Shown: positions 1-9,919 of the stretch, one piece after another
Layout of the letters: each line of letters starts with the position of its first letter
Position numbering within the stretch: the first letter of the stretch is position 1
Assembly (NCBI GenBank): GCA_026391215.1
Contig: JAPLDX010000058.1
Location: forward strand, 32,001 to 96,000
Origin: Bacteroidia bacterium
GTDB taxonomy: Bacteria; Bacteroidota; Bacteroidia; Bacteroidales; VadinHA17
Length of the DNA stretch: 64,000 bases
Direction: 5' to 3'
The notes under the pieces: generated by a model
What the model was told of the DNA's origin: nothing
Seen by the model: only the letters and a program-made list of their open reading frames with translations
The model's database searches: none
Program-made: the position numbers and the translations under genes

Positions 1-798
1 GACATTGTCGAATGATTCTGAATAGACGGGAATCCTCGAAAACCCCGAGTCAATTATAACCGGAATTATTTTAGAGAATCCTGACCTGATATCAACAGCT
101 GTAACATCAATCCTGGGGCACATTATGGCGCTTACATTTGTGTACCCGAAGTTGACTATGCCTTTCAGTATCTTCTCATCTTCGCTTAGATCATCAGAAG
201 TAAGTTCAAGTGCATCAGAAAGGTCATCCATGCTGATATTCGACTTGCGCAATCCGGCTCTTTTTTTGACAAATGAGGAAGAAAGGATAAGAAGTGAAGT
301 TACAGGACGAAATATCTTTTCAATCACTCCAAGTGGGAATGCCATAAACAATGCTACAGATACGTTGTATCTCGCTGCATAGACTTTAGGCATTATCTCC
401 CCGAATAAAAGCAGCATAAATGTAATTACTACAACCTCAATCAGGAATCCCAGGACAGGACTTACGCTGAAGTTAAATAATGTCGAGCTTATAAAGGCCG
501 CAAGCAGTACGATTGCGATATTGACAGTATTGTTTGCAACAAGCAGGGTGCTCAGCAATCTCTCGGGCATATTGTAGAGCCTGAGGACTGCCTGTGCCTT
601 CTTGCTTTTGTTACTTTTGAATTTTTCAATTTCGTCAGGGCTCAGTGAGAAGTAGGCTACTTCTGATCCGGACATGAGTGCAGAGCCGAAAAGGAGGACT
701 GCAAGTACAACAAATCCAATAATTGCTTTATAATCAGGAGCATAAACAATAATGCCTGAAAGAAATCCCACAACTGAATATGAATATTCAGGTTCCAA
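1..798 (-). CDS. gldE: Gliding motility-associated CNNM/CBS-domain membrane protein GldE (runs off the left edge; not in ORF track)
   Basis: Manual translation from TTG at 798: LEPEYSYS...LLFGSALMSGSEVAYFSL...LLFGEIMPKVYA...EKILKGIVNFG...IMCPRIDV...SGFSRIPVY; lies downstream of ssb, as is usual in Bacteroidota. Confidence 0.85.
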   Translation of the reverse strand, partial: MEPEYSYSVVGFLSGIIVYAPDYKAIIGFVVLAVLLFGSALMSGSEVAYFSLSPDEIEKFKSNKSKKAQAVLRLYNMPERLLSTLLVANNTVNIAIVLLAAFISSTLFNFSVSPVLGFLIEVVVITFMLLLFGEIMPKVYAARYNVSVALFMAFPLGVIEKIFRPVTSLLILSSSFVKKRAGLRKSNISMDDLSDALELTSDDLSEDEKILKGIVNFGYTNVSAIMCPRIDVTAVDIRSGFSKIIPVIIDSGFSRIPVYSESFDNV

Positions 799-822
799 CT
801 GAAATGATATTATTAAAACAAT

Positions 823-1380
823 TTAAAATGGCAGGTCATCCTCATCACGGTTCTGTCCGTTGCCCGGGCTTATATTGAAGGGTCCCGGCTCATCGCTGTT
901 TGTACCGCCGTTTCCAGTCCTGTTTTTATCCGGGTTTTCTCCCTGGATCTGGTAGGGCTGTACAGGTTCATGGACTTCTGGAGAAGGTCCGCTTTTTTTC
1001 TGATAGTCATTTGTGGTATCTTCTGTCTGTCCGGCAGAGATTCCTTGTCCCTGTTTCTTTTCCATAACCATCATTGTGTCGGCAAGGATCTCAGTAATAT
1101 ATTTATTATTCCCGTCTTTATCCACATATGACCTGGTTTTGATTTTTCCGACCAAATAGACCTGTGTTCCCTTTTTAACTGTTTTTTCAGCGACTTCAGC
1201 CAGTGCCCGCCATAAAACAATGTTATGCCATTCAGTTGAAGTGATTGTTTCCCCCTGCTGGTTTGTATATGTTTCGCTTGTAGCCAGAGGAAAGGTTGCC
1301 TTGGCAACACCCTTGTCAAAGTACCTTATAACAGGATCTTTGCCGACATTGCCTAATAATAAGACTTTATTGATTGACAT
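823..1380 (-). CDS. ssb: Single-stranded DNA-binding protein (start corrected to MSINKV)
   Basis: INKVLLLGNVGKDP, TEWHNIVLW, acidic C-terminal DDLPF. Confidence 0.95.
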   Translation of the reverse strand: MSINKVLLLGNVGKDPVIRYFDKGVAKATFPLATSETYTNQQGETITSTEWHNIVLWRALAEVAEKTVKKGTQVYLVGKIKTRSYVDKDGNNKYITEILADTMMVMEKKQGQGISAGQTEDTTNDYQKKSGPSPEVHEPVQPYQIQGENPDKNRTGNGGTNSDEPGPFNISPGNGQNRDEDDLPF

Positions 1381-1540
1381 ATAGTTATAATTATTAAATA
1401 ATGCAACAATAAACCACAAAGTTAAGAAAAAAACCGCTTTTGGCAACCTCTGTTTTTCTATTTCATTGGAATTAAGATAATAATAAACATCAAAAAAAAA
1501 TTTATTATATAAGTGTTTCAATTTAAATAAATAATATTTC

Positions 1541-1548
1541 TATATTTG
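1541..1548 (+). promoter_or_regulatory. Bacteroidota primary-sigma -7 box (TATATTTG) upstream of the HU gene
   Basis: Matches TAnnTTTG in an AT-rich intergenic region; similar boxes near 28170, 53687 and 56921. Confidence 0.6.
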
Positions 1549-1606
1549 CAGGGTTGAAAAAAACGAATAATCAAAATAAGTTGTTGAATTTTAAATCACT
1601 AGAAAA

Positions 1607-1894
1607 ATGACTAAAGCAGACATTGTTAATGAAATTGCCAAGAACACTGGTATTGAAAAGGTAACTGTACAGAAAACAGTAGAAGCCTTCATGGAAACAA
1701 TAAAACATTCAATGGTAACTGGTAATAATGTTTACCTCAGGGGTTTCGGAAGCTTTATCGTTAAGAAAAGAGCAAAGAAAACTGCAAGGAATATTTCAAA
1801 GAATACTACAATTATCATTCCTGCTCACAATATCCCTGCTTTTAAACCGGCTAAATCATTCATTACCAAAGTTAAATCTCACGTAAAGAAGTAA
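1607..1894 (+). CDS. hup: HU/IHF family DNA-binding protein
   Basis: MTKADIV...VYLRGFGSF...ARNISKN...PAFKP. Confidence 0.95.
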   Translation: MTKADIVNEIAKNTGIEKVTVQKTVEAFMETIKHSMVTGNNVYLRGFGSFIVKKRAKKTARNISKNTTIIIPAHNIPAFKPAKSFITKVKSHVKK

Positions 1895-1900
1895 TCCTGT

Positions 1901-1990
1901 ATGCCAAGCGGTAAAAAAAGAAAGAGACATAAAATGGCCACCCATAAACGTAAAAAACGTTTACGGAAGAACAGACATAAGAAGAAATAA
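1901..1990 (+). CDS. Small basic ribosomal protein bS22-like (AURKAIP1/COX24-type), 29 aa, below the ORF track cut-off
   Basis: MPSGKKRKRHKMATHKRKKRLRKNRHKKK*; position between hup and rng fits Bacteroidota. Confidence 0.85.
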   Translation: MPSGKKRKRHKMATHKRKKRLRKNRHKKK

Positions 1991-2023
1991 CAGATCATAG
2001 GGTGGTCTTTGTACTGAATATAT

Positions 2024-2055
2024 TAAACCTAAAGGTCCGGTGATCTTTAGGTTTA
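2024..2055 (+). terminator. Stem-loop after the bS22-like ORF
   Basis: TAAACCTAAAGG-N8-TCTTTAGGTTTA inverted repeat. Confidence 0.55.
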
Positions 2056-2112
2056 TTGTATGTAGAAATCGGAAATGTTTGGAAAGAAAATATTTCAGAT
2101 CAATAAGAGAAA

Positions 2113-3672
2113 GTGGCAAACAAGGATCTGATCATTGATGTAAGTGATTCCGAGGTTTCGTTGGCATTGCTGGAAGACAAGCAGTTAATTGAGTTAAACA
2201 AGGAAAAGCGAAATATAAGATTTTCAGTCGGGGATATTTACCTGGGGAAGGTAAAGAAGATAATGCCCGGACTGAATGCAGCTTTTATTAATGTCGGTTA
2301 CGAGCGTGATGCATTCCTGCATTATCTGGATCTCGGGGCTCAGTTCAGAACTCAGCATAAATATTATACTTCTGCAATCCAGAAACAGGGGAGGACTGTC
2401 CCTGTGCATAAATTCAAGCCTGAACCCGATATAGATAAAGAAGGAAAGATAACTGATGTTCTTACCCAGGGTCAGACAGCCATTGTCCAGATAACCAAAG
2501 AACCAATTTCAACAAAGGGTCCAAGGCTGGCATCAGAAATATCCATCGCAGGAAGGAACCTTGTCCTCATTCCATACTCCGACAAGGTATCTGTCTCCTC
2601 AAAAATTGAGAGCCAGGAGGAAAAAAACCGGCTAAAAGCACTTCTGCAAAGCATCAAACCCAGAAATTACGGGATAATTGTCAGAACAGCAGCCGAAGGG
2701 AAGAAAGTTGCGGTTCTGGATGCCGAACTCAGAGAGCTTGTAAGAAAATGGGAATCAGCTTTCTTCACAATAAAGAAAGAAATAAAAGCGCCCAGGCTGT
2801 TCATAGGCGAAATGAACAGGACAACAACAATCCTCCGGGATATGCTGAATGTCACTTTCAACAGCATTTATATAAACGATCCTGCCCTTGCTGACGAAAT
2901 CCGTAAGTATATTAATGAAATAGCCCCCGAAAAAGCTAAAATAATCAAGCTCTACAAGGGCACCCTGCCAATATTCGACCATTTTGGCGTAAATAAGCAG
3001 ATAAAAGCCCTGTTCGGGAAAACAATATCCTTCAAGCATGGCGCTTATTTGATAATAGAACATACAGAAGCCCTGCATGTTATAGATGTGAACAGCGGCA
3101 ACCGCGCAAGATCCGGTAACGACCAGGAATCTAACGCCCTGGAGGTAAATATGGAAGCTGCAACAGAGATCGCAAGACAGCTCCGGCTGAGAGATATGGG
3201 AGGGATAATTGTAATCGATTTTATCGATATGCAGTCAAACGAAAATAAGCAGGCCTTGTATGATAAGATGAAGGAGATTATGTCAAACGACAGGACAAAA
3301 CATAATATCCTCCCGCTGACAAAATTTGGCTTAATGCAGATAACCAGGCAGAGAGTCCGACCTGTTATGAATATAGTGACCAATGAAAAGTGCCCTTCAT
3401 GCCAGGGCACAGGCGAAACAAGACCGGCGATACTATTTACGGATGAGATTGAAAAAGGCCTCTCTTTTATTGTCGACAAGGTAAAAACCAGGATGCTGCT
3501 GCTTAATGTGCATCCATATGTTGCCTCATACCTTAAGAAGGGATTATTCCCAATTTGCCGGAAATGGAACTTTAAATACAAGATCAGCCTGAAAGTCCAG
3601 GCTGTCACCTCTTACCACATGCTCGAATACCATTTCTTCGACCGGTATGATAATGAGATAGATCTGGCATAA
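2113..3672 (+). CDS. rng: Ribonuclease E/G family
   Basis: S1 region (VGDIYLGKV...AAF), KEPISTKGPRL, IDVNSG, LRLRDMGGIIVIDFIDM, CPSC. Confidence 0.95.
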   Translation: MANKDLIIDVSDSEVSLALLEDKQLIELNKEKRNIRFSVGDIYLGKVKKIMPGLNAAFINVGYERDAFLHYLDLGAQFRTQHKYYTSAIQKQGRTVPVHKFKPEPDIDKEGKITDVLTQGQTAIVQITKEPISTKGPRLASEISIAGRNLVLIPYSDKVSVSSKIESQEEKNRLKALLQSIKPRNYGIIVRTAAEGKKVAVLDAELRELVRKWESAFFTIKKEIKAPRLFIGEMNRTTTILRDMLNVTFNSIYINDPALADEIRKYINEIAPEKAKIIKLYKGTLPIFDHFGVNKQIKALFGKTISFKHGAYLIIEHTEALHVIDVNSGNRARSGNDQESNALEVNMEAATEIARQLRLRDMGGIIVIDFIDMQSNENKQALYDKMKEIMSNDRTKHNILPLTKFGLMQITRQRVRPVMNIVTNEKCPSCQGTGETRPAILFTDEIEKGLSFIVDKVKTRMLLLNVHPYVASYLKKGLFPICRKWNFKYKISLKVQAVTSYHMLEYHFFDRYDNEIDLA

Positions 3673-3732
3673 CATTTTAACTCTTAAATTGTTATATGTT
3701 TACTATTTTTGATACCGGTAATAAACAATAAC

Positions 3733-5712
3733 ATGCAACAAAGAAGATATTTGATTATAATTCCTGCTCTTCTTCTTACCATATCCATGCAGGCCCAGAT
3801 TTTTGATCCTGTCTCATGGGAATTTGGTTATGAAAAGAAAGGAGATAATCAATATGAACTGGTCTTTACTTCAATCATTGAAAAGGGATCACATATTTAT
3901 TCAATCGATATACCAGAAGGAGGACCCATTCCAACCTCTTTCCGCTTTGATACCCTTCAGGGATATTCGCTTAATGGTGATACATGGGAAGTTACAAAGC
4001 CTGAGGAGCTGTTTGATGAAGCTTTTGGCTTTAAAATAAAATCTTTCAGCGATAAAGCTGAATTCAGGCAAAAATTAACCGGCAACCTGCCTTCATTCAC
4101 AGTTAAAGGTGAAGTGAACTTTATGGCCTGCAATAATGTTACATGTTCACCTCCGAAAGATGTGGAATTTGAAATAAGGATCAGTGATTCTGCTACAGGT
4201 CGGTCAGTTACTAAAAATGCTGATTCAGAGCCTGTTCGTGAGAAGAAAGGCTTGCTTGGTTTCTTCATCCTTTCATTGATTGCAGGATTTGCCGGGATAC
4301 TTACCCCCTGCGTATTCCCGATGATCCCGATGACCGTCGCATTCTTTTCACAGGGATCAGAAAACAGGAAAAGATCAGTAATCAAGGCCATTATTTTTGG
4401 TGTATCAATTATTCTTATCTATACCTCGCTGGGAATAATTGTATCTCTTACAAGTGCCGGTGCCGGATTTGCAAATACGCTGAGCACTCACTGGATACCC
4501 AATATTATCTTCTTTACCTTATTCCTTGTCTTTGCAATATCGTTTTTTGGTGCTTTTGAGATCATCCTTCCAAATAAATGGGTAACAGGCGCTGATTCCA
4601 AAGTAGACAAAGGCGGCATTATTGCAGCATTTTTCCTGGGAATTACAACTGTTATTGTATCTTTCTCATGTACGGGCCCGATTGTCGGCGCTCTACTGGT
4701 GGAAGCTGCCGGCGGAGATGTCCTGAGACCAACCATAGGAATGTTCGGATTCGGACTTGCATTTGCGCTCCCTTTCACCCTGTTCGCTCTCTTCCCATCC
4801 ATAATGTCCAAAATGCCAAAATCAGGCGGATGGCTCAACTCCATTAAGGTAGTTCTCGGATTCATAATGCTTGCGTTCAGCCTGAAATTCCTTATGACTA
4901 TCGATAGTGTTTACTCAATAGGGATCCTTTCAAGAGATATTGTACTGGTTATATGGATAGTTCTGTTCGGTCTGCTTGGTCTTTACCTGATGGGCAAGAT
5001 AAAATTCGCCCATGACAGTGATCTCCAACATATTGGGACGTTCAGATTGTTTCTCATCATTACCGTATTTGCATTTATGGTTTATTTAATCACCGGTCTG
5101 TTTGGCGCCCCGCTCAAAGGATTATCATCTTTTCTGCCATCACAGGAGACATCATGGTTTTATAAAAGACAATCAGTAAATGAAGAGAAAACTGTTTCCT
5201 CTCCGGCGTTTCAGTTTTCGACTATAAGCGAAATTTGTTCGAAACCAATGTACGGGGATATTTTCAAAATGCCGCTTGGCCTGACAGGATATTTTGAATA
5301 TGAGCAAGGCCTTGCCTGTGCAAAAGAACAGGGTAAACCTGTCCTTATTGATTTTAAAGGTCACGCCTGCGCAAATTGCAAGGTGATGGAAGCGAGGGTG
5401 TGGTCGGATCCGGAAATTTTAAAGAGGCTCAGTGAAAATTTCGTTATAATCTCACTTTATGCTGACGACAGAACTCAACTTCCGGAAAGTGAATGGATTA
5501 CCTCTGAGGTTGATGGAAAAGTAAAAAAGACTATCGGAAAAATAAACGAGGATATTGAGATATCAAAATTTAAAACTAACGCTCTCCCTTTATATGTAAT
5601 TACCGATTCCAAAGGGAATCCCCTGAATAAGCCAATGCCGACAAACCTGGATGTTGAGGAATATATGAAATGGCTTGACGAAGGAGTGGACGCTTTTCTA
5701 AAACTTCCCTAA
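3733..5712 (+). CDS. dsbD: Thiol:disulfide interchange protein DsbD (three-domain)
   Basis: N-domain CNNVTC, TM domain TPCVFPM/SCTGP/PKSGGWL, C-terminal thioredoxin CANC. Confidence 0.9.
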   Translation: MQQRRYLIIIPALLLTISMQAQIFDPVSWEFGYEKKGDNQYELVFTSIIEKGSHIYSIDIPEGGPIPTSFRFDTLQGYSLNGDTWEVTKPEELFDEAFGFKIKSFSDKAEFRQKLTGNLPSFTVKGEVNFMACNNVTCSPPKDVEFEIRISDSATGRSVTKNADSEPVREKKGLLGFFILSLIAGFAGILTPCVFPMIPMTVAFFSQGSENRKRSVIKAIIFGVSIILIYTSLGIIVSLTSAGAGFANTLSTHWIPNIIFFTLFLVFAISFFGAFEIILPNKWVTGADSKVDKGGIIAAFFLGITTVIVSFSCTGPIVGALLVEAAGGDVLRPTIGMFGFGLAFALPFTLFALFPSIMSKMPKSGGWLNSIKVVLGFIMLAFSLKFLMTIDSVYSIGILSRDIVLVIWIVLFGLLGLYLMGKIKFAHDSDLQHIGTFRLFLIITVFAFMVYLITGLFGAPLKGLSSFLPSQETSWFYKRQSVNEEKTVSSPAFQFSTISEICSKPMYGDIFKMPLGLTGYFEYEQGLACAKEQGKPVLIDFKGHACANCKVMEARVWSDPEILKRLSENFVIISLYADDRTQLPESEWITSEVDGKVKKTIGKINEDIEISKFKTNALPLYVITDSKGNPLNKPMPTNLDVEEYMKWLDEGVDAFLKLP

Positions 5713-6342
5713 TTTCAGGGTGACAGTATAGCTCAATGTTCGGAGCGATTCCACATCTATTGTGTAAGATCCCGGTAATCCGACATCAAATGGTGTCGGA
5801 AGCCTGTAAGAGGCTCCTATTGCAAGCCGTAAGAATCTTGTTAGGTTAAGTTCGAGCTCGGCTGAAGGTTCAATGAGAAGGAATGCCTTTGAGTCTTCAA
5901 GAAAATTCTCATTGAACTCAATATCTTTCGAGATAAAAGATATCCCGCCAAATCCAAACAGCACCGGGAATGAAAGATGTACCGGGAAACGCGGCAATAA
6001 GACCGGTTCAATATATAAACCTCCATATCCTCCGGTGAGGAATACATCCCTGTCAATTGCTGGTTCATAATGGAACTCATTAATGAATCCAGTAGCTCCC
6101 ATTCCGATTCCCAGTGAATGGCTGGCCATCCAGGAGAATCTTCCCCCGAACAGTATAGCATCCATATTGTTAATATTAGAGTAACCCGTAGAAAATGAGC
6201 AGTATCCGCCACCGCCCCTGTCATGTCCCAGAAGAGTCTTCATTTCATTGTTTTTATAATACTGAAATTCAGGTTCCTCCTGGGAAAAAGTAACAATAGA
6301 AACCATTAAAAGCATTGAGGCTGTAAATATTATCTTTTTCAT
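5698..6342 (-). CDS. Putative outer-membrane beta-barrel protein
   Basis: Signal peptide, amphipathic beta strands, GGYGG motif, C-terminal F. Confidence 0.6.
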   Translation of the reverse strand: MKKIIFTASMLLMVSIVTFSQEEPEFQYYKNNEMKTLLGHDRGGGGYCSFSTGYSNINNMDAILFGGRFSWMASHSLGIGMGATGFINEFHYEPAIDRDVFLTGGYGGLYIEPVLLPRFPVHLSFPVLFGFGGISFISKDIEFNENFLEDSKAFLLIEPSAELELNLTRFLRLAIGASYRLPTPFDVGLPGSYTIDVESLRTLSYTVTLKLGKF

Positions 6343-6366
6343 TGTTGATTACTTTTAGTTTAAATA

Positions 6367-6879
6367 TTAAAAAGCATAAGAAACTGATATGCCGATATCA
6401 GCCGGCATAATTTTTACAAAAGCAGGTATAGATAATTCAACATATGGTTTGATGTTGACACTTAAAATTAGAGGAATATCCCTGAACCTGTATTCTGCTG
6501 CGGCCCATCCGTCGGCTCCGAATACCGGGCAGAACCTGTCATCCGCAAAATTGTATCGCTCACCCAGGAATGAGATATGATCTGTAACTATGAATCCGGC
6601 ATGCCCTCCATATCCCCAGGCAAAATAGAGATCGGGTGAGATTTCAGAGATGACAGTCTCATAGGTGATTCTGAGAACAGTAAGCTGTATACCGTTTTTA
6701 TTGAACCCGAGCATTGCGTTATAGTTTACCTCACCATTACCATACATTGAGGGTAGCTGGATGAATAATCCACCCCTGATTCCGGTACGGACACCAGCCT
6801 GTCTGTAGTACCCCTGTCCAAATGCTTCAACTGGCAGAAGGAAGGCAGCTATTGCAAGAAAAACATATAGTTTCTTCAT
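6367..6879 (-). CDS. Putative small outer-membrane beta-barrel protein
   Basis: Signal peptide, alternating hydrophobic strands, terminal YAF. Confidence 0.55.
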   Translation of the reverse strand: MKKLYVFLAIAAFLLPVEAFGQGYYRQAGVRTGIRGGLFIQLPSMYGNGEVNYNAMLGFNKNGIQLTVLRITYETVISEISPDLYFAWGYGGHAGFIVTDHISFLGERYNFADDRFCPVFGADGWAAAEYRFRDIPLILSVNIKPYVELSIPAFVKIMPADIGISVSYAF

Positions 6880-6888
6880 GGTATTATC

Positions 6889-7674
6889 CTATTTGACTTT
6901 AATGATCCTCCCTGATCCTGAGATTGTCTGTACTATTTCGGGGTCTCCCTTTACATAAATATTACCGCTTCCGGAAATAAGTCCGGTCAGTGTACTTTCT
7001 ACATATGTATAGGCGCTTCCTGATCCTGAGATTATTACCGAAGCAGTTTGTGAAATCAGATCGCCACCGTAAATGTTTCCGCTTCCCGATATTTTAAGAT
7101 GTGACGTTTCGCAATCACCGGTAACTGACATTGTACCGGAGCCTGAAATGGCAATATCTGTATTCAGGCAGACAATACTGACAACCTCAATATCACCTGA
7201 ACCCGAATTTTTTGCTACGAAATCGTCACAATCAATCAATTCGACAGACATGTCGCCCGATCCGCTGATCATCAGAGTTACGGTTTCTCCTGACATAGTG
7301 TCGGCGATAAATGCACCCGATCCTGAATTTATCGCTCTTTTCAGAAGAGGAGAGGAAACCATAACAACCGGCCGCTCATTATAATCAAGGCAGATTGAAC
7401 CGGGGCTTACCCTGATTTCAAGACAATCATCGTAAACATTGGTTTCAATATAGTTCAGGATGTTCTGTTCTGCACTTATTGTAATCCCGAATGTGTCAGC
7501 CTGTTTATATATTACATCAAAAGATGTTGAGTTTTCGAGCTGATCAAAAGATGATACCCTGCGGTCTTCGAGTGTTGATACCCCATCACCCTCAATGCAC
7601 AATATATCCCTCAGACAGGAATTACAGGTTAATAGGAATATTACTGCTAATAAAAATATAATCCTGGTTTTCAT
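6889..7674 (-). CDS. Head GIN domain (DUF2807) lipoprotein
   Basis: Lipobox-like CNSC; repeated ISGSG beta-helix motifs. Confidence 0.85.
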   Translation of the reverse strand: MKTRIIFLLAVIFLLTCNSCLRDILCIEGDGVSTLEDRRVSSFDQLENSTSFDVIYKQADTFGITISAEQNILNYIETNVYDDCLEIRVSPGSICLDYNERPVVMVSSPLLKRAINSGSGAFIADTMSGETVTLMISGSGDMSVELIDCDDFVAKNSGSGDIEVVSIVCLNTDIAISGSGTMSVTGDCETSHLKISGSGNIYGGDLISQTASVIISGSGSAYTYVESTLTGLISGSGNIYVKGDPEIVQTISGSGRIIKVK

Positions 7675-7704
7675 TATTAAGAATTTAGTGACCTTTTATC
7701 TAAT

Positions 7705-7730
7705 GACAGAATAAAACCTTTGCGGTTGCA
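7705..7730 (-). promoter_or_regulatory. Putative ECF-sigma promoter TGCAACC-N15-TGTC (operon-internal)
   Basis: Same motif and spacing as upstream of the sigma gene (9889-9914). Confidence 0.7.
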
Positions 7731-7741
7731 CAATAAAGGAT

Positions 7742-8827
7742 TTATTTTAAATAAAGATTCCCCCTTGTTGCATCGATCATTACCTTTATATTGCCTGGAT
7801 TTTTACCTACTGAACCAAAGGTCATGTATTCTTTCTTCTCCTCGCTGAGAGTTTTCTTTTCAAGATTTGAATCCTTTTCAGGAAGGACTACGAAAGCATT
7901 TACATGTCTGATATCCAGATTATAGGATAATGAAGGATCAAAAGCAAGACTTATATCCGTATAACAGGAATTTATTGTGACCATCTCAATTCCTTTCTCA
8001 ATATGCTCAGTATCCAGGTCTCCGTATTTTGTAACAATATTGATCTCTTTTTGCAGCTCCTTAATCCTGAAATCAGAGAAATATGAGTTACCCCTTATTG
8101 AGCTTATTTTCCCAATATATAATTCATCCCTTCTCGATTCGACAATGATATTTCCTGCCATTCCGAGATTGAACTTTGAAGAGACAGAAGTTATGCTCAG
8201 ATCTCCGGATTCATCAATTTCAACATCGGAGAAGGAAGTATTCAGCCGTCCTTTTGTAATTTTATTGATTGTAGCGTCACAGAATACCATATCGATGCCA
8301 TTTGATTCGTTAAGCGTATTCGCCTTGAAGGCTCCGTTTGAAATGTTCAGAGACAGATTCCCCGTATTGTTTTCCATATACACATTACCGTACTTATTTG
8401 TGATTCTCATGTCAATGTATTCCGGGGCATTGATAAAGTAGTTGATCTGAAGCTTCGATTCATAAGGGATCAGCTTGCTGGTCATCCCTTTGAAACTTTC
8501 AAACAGCATGCTTATGTTCTGGGTGAAAATGGTATGGGCTCTTACCAGGTAACTTGTCCCGGAGATATTTACGTCAACTCCCTGGAACATTTTTCCCAGT
8601 CGATCCAGGTCGGAGCTGAATGCTTCTACTTCGGCTCTTATCTCTACTGAATCTTTGTTCCAGGAAGTGATCTGGATGGTCCCGTATTTATTGTCAATCT
8701 CGAGGGTCACATCCTTGTTCACAGCCATGGTTTTTTGGAAAGTCTTTTTTTCAGAGAAAGCTTGTCCGCAGATCAGTTCCGCTGAAAAGAGAAATGTCAG
8801 GATAAGTGTTAATAATCTATAGTGCAT
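7742..8827 (-). CDS. DUF4097-like beta-strand repeat exported protein (probable start MHYRLL)
   Basis: Signal peptide, LEIDNKYGTIQITSW, repeated NKYG strands. Confidence 0.7.
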   Translation of the reverse strand: MHYRLLTLILTFLFSAELICGQAFSEKKTFQKTMAVNKDVTLEIDNKYGTIQITSWNKDSVEIRAEVEAFSSDLDRLGKMFQGVDVNISGTSYLVRAHTIFTQNISMLFESFKGMTSKLIPYESKLQINYFINAPEYIDMRITNKYGNVYMENNTGNLSLNISNGAFKANTLNESNGIDMVFCDATINKITKGRLNTSFSDVEIDESGDLSITSVSSKFNLGMAGNIIVESRRDELYIGKISSIRGNSYFSDFRIKELQKEINIVTKYGDLDTEHIEKGIEMVTINSCYTDISLAFDPSLSYNLDIRHVNAFVVLPEKDSNLEKKTLSEEKKEYMTFGSVGKNPGNIKVMIDATRGNLYLK

Positions 8828-9323
8828 TGTCTTTATTTTTTTCAGATGTATTTTCATTTTGCTTTAAAACGTCAAGCATATCTTCCAGGATATGTGTTTT
8901 TATCCTGTAGTTATTAATCAGAGCTTCAATAACCTCCTGGTTATCAACATTATCCCTTAGATCTTTTTTAATGTCATTACAGATGCTGTCAAGCTGGGAC
9001 AGATCACTTAAAAGCTCTTTTTCAATATCGGGATATCCTGTAAGCAAGGGTGTTGCCTCATTGTACAGGTCGTTGACAAGGTTGTTATAGTAGATTTCGC
9101 TTTCAACAAGTTCCGGATTGTTTTTTCCCTTATCCTTGCCCACATAGAAAAAAGAAGCTATGGCAAGGATGACAACTATCATAGCTGCAGCAGAAAGCCA
9201 TCTGATAAGCTCACGTCTTCCTTTATGCATATTGCTCCTGATCCCCTTCCAGACTTCAGGTGATGGGTTGTACTTATCCAGCTCTTTTCTGTTTTTCCTG
9301 ATATATTCTTCCAGTCTATCCAT
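8817..9323 (-). CDS. Putative anti-sigma factor (single TM)
   Basis: MDRLEEYIRKNRKELDKYNPSPEVWKGI N-terminus, TM after RWL, overlaps the sigma stop codon. Confidence 0.7.
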   Translation of the reverse strand: MDRLEEYIRKNRKELDKYNPSPEVWKGIRSNMHKGRRELIRWLSAAAMIVVILAIASFFYVGKDKGKNNPELVESEIYYNNLVNDLYNEATPLLTGYPDIEKELLSDLSQLDSICNDIKKDLRDNVDNQEVIEALINNYRIKTHILEDMLDVLKQNENTSEKNKDNAL

Positions 9324-9864
9324 AATTCTTAGTTTTTGACAGAATGTTTCTTAATTTTTCCTTTGCACGGGAATATTGTGATTTTGAGGTTGATTCGGAT
9401 ATCCCCATTATCTGGGATATTTCAGTATGATCATACCCCTCAAGCAGGTAAAGTGTCAGGACGATCCTGTATCCGTCGGGCAACTGTTCTATGCCCTTGA
9501 AAATCCTGGTTGTATCATAAGCAGTTTCAGTATCTTCTTCATCAGCAGCGACAACCGGCAGTGTCTCATAATAAACAAGGTCTGCCTTTTTCTTCCTGAT
9601 CTGGTTAATGCATTTGTTCAGAAGGATGCTTTTAAGCCATGCCCCGAAAGTCGATTCAAACCTGAAGGACGCTATATTCCTGAAGCATTCAGTGAACGTC
9701 TCCTGCAGGATGTCCTCTGCATCCTCCCTGTTGTTCATCATCCTGTATGCCAGGTTATACATTGCTCTGGAATATTGGTTATAAAGCATAAACTGTGCTT
9801 TGTTGCTTCCTTTTTTACATTCTTCAATCAAAGGAGCATGAATATTAAAATCCAAATGATCCAC
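9316..9864 (-). CDS. ECF RNA polymerase sigma factor
   Basis: AEDILQE, FGAWLKSI, LPDGYR...EGYDHTEIS...STSKSQYSRAK. Confidence 0.95.
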   Translation of the reverse strand: MDHLDFNIHAPLIEECKKGSNKAQFMLYNQYSRAMYNLAYRMMNNREDAEDILQETFTECFRNIASFRFESTFGAWLKSILLNKCINQIRKKKADLVYYETLPVVAADEEDTETAYDTTRIFKGIEQLPDGYRIVLTLYLLEGYDHTEISQIMGISESTSKSQYSRAKEKLRNILSKTKNYG

Positions 9865-9888
9865 TTTAACTGCTTACCTGGTTATAAA

Positions 9889-9914
9889 GACAATATGATA
9901 ATTCAAGGGTTGCA
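9889..9914 (-). promoter_or_regulatory. Putative autoregulatory ECF promoter TGCAACC-N15-TGTC
   Basis: Bipartite motif about 25 bp upstream of the sigma start; repeated at 7705-7730. Confidence 0.7.
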
Positions 9915-9919
9915 CTATT

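Noticed and set aside
1381-1521. N-terminal extension of ssb
   Set aside because: AT-rich promoter DNA; SSB homology begins at MSINKV.
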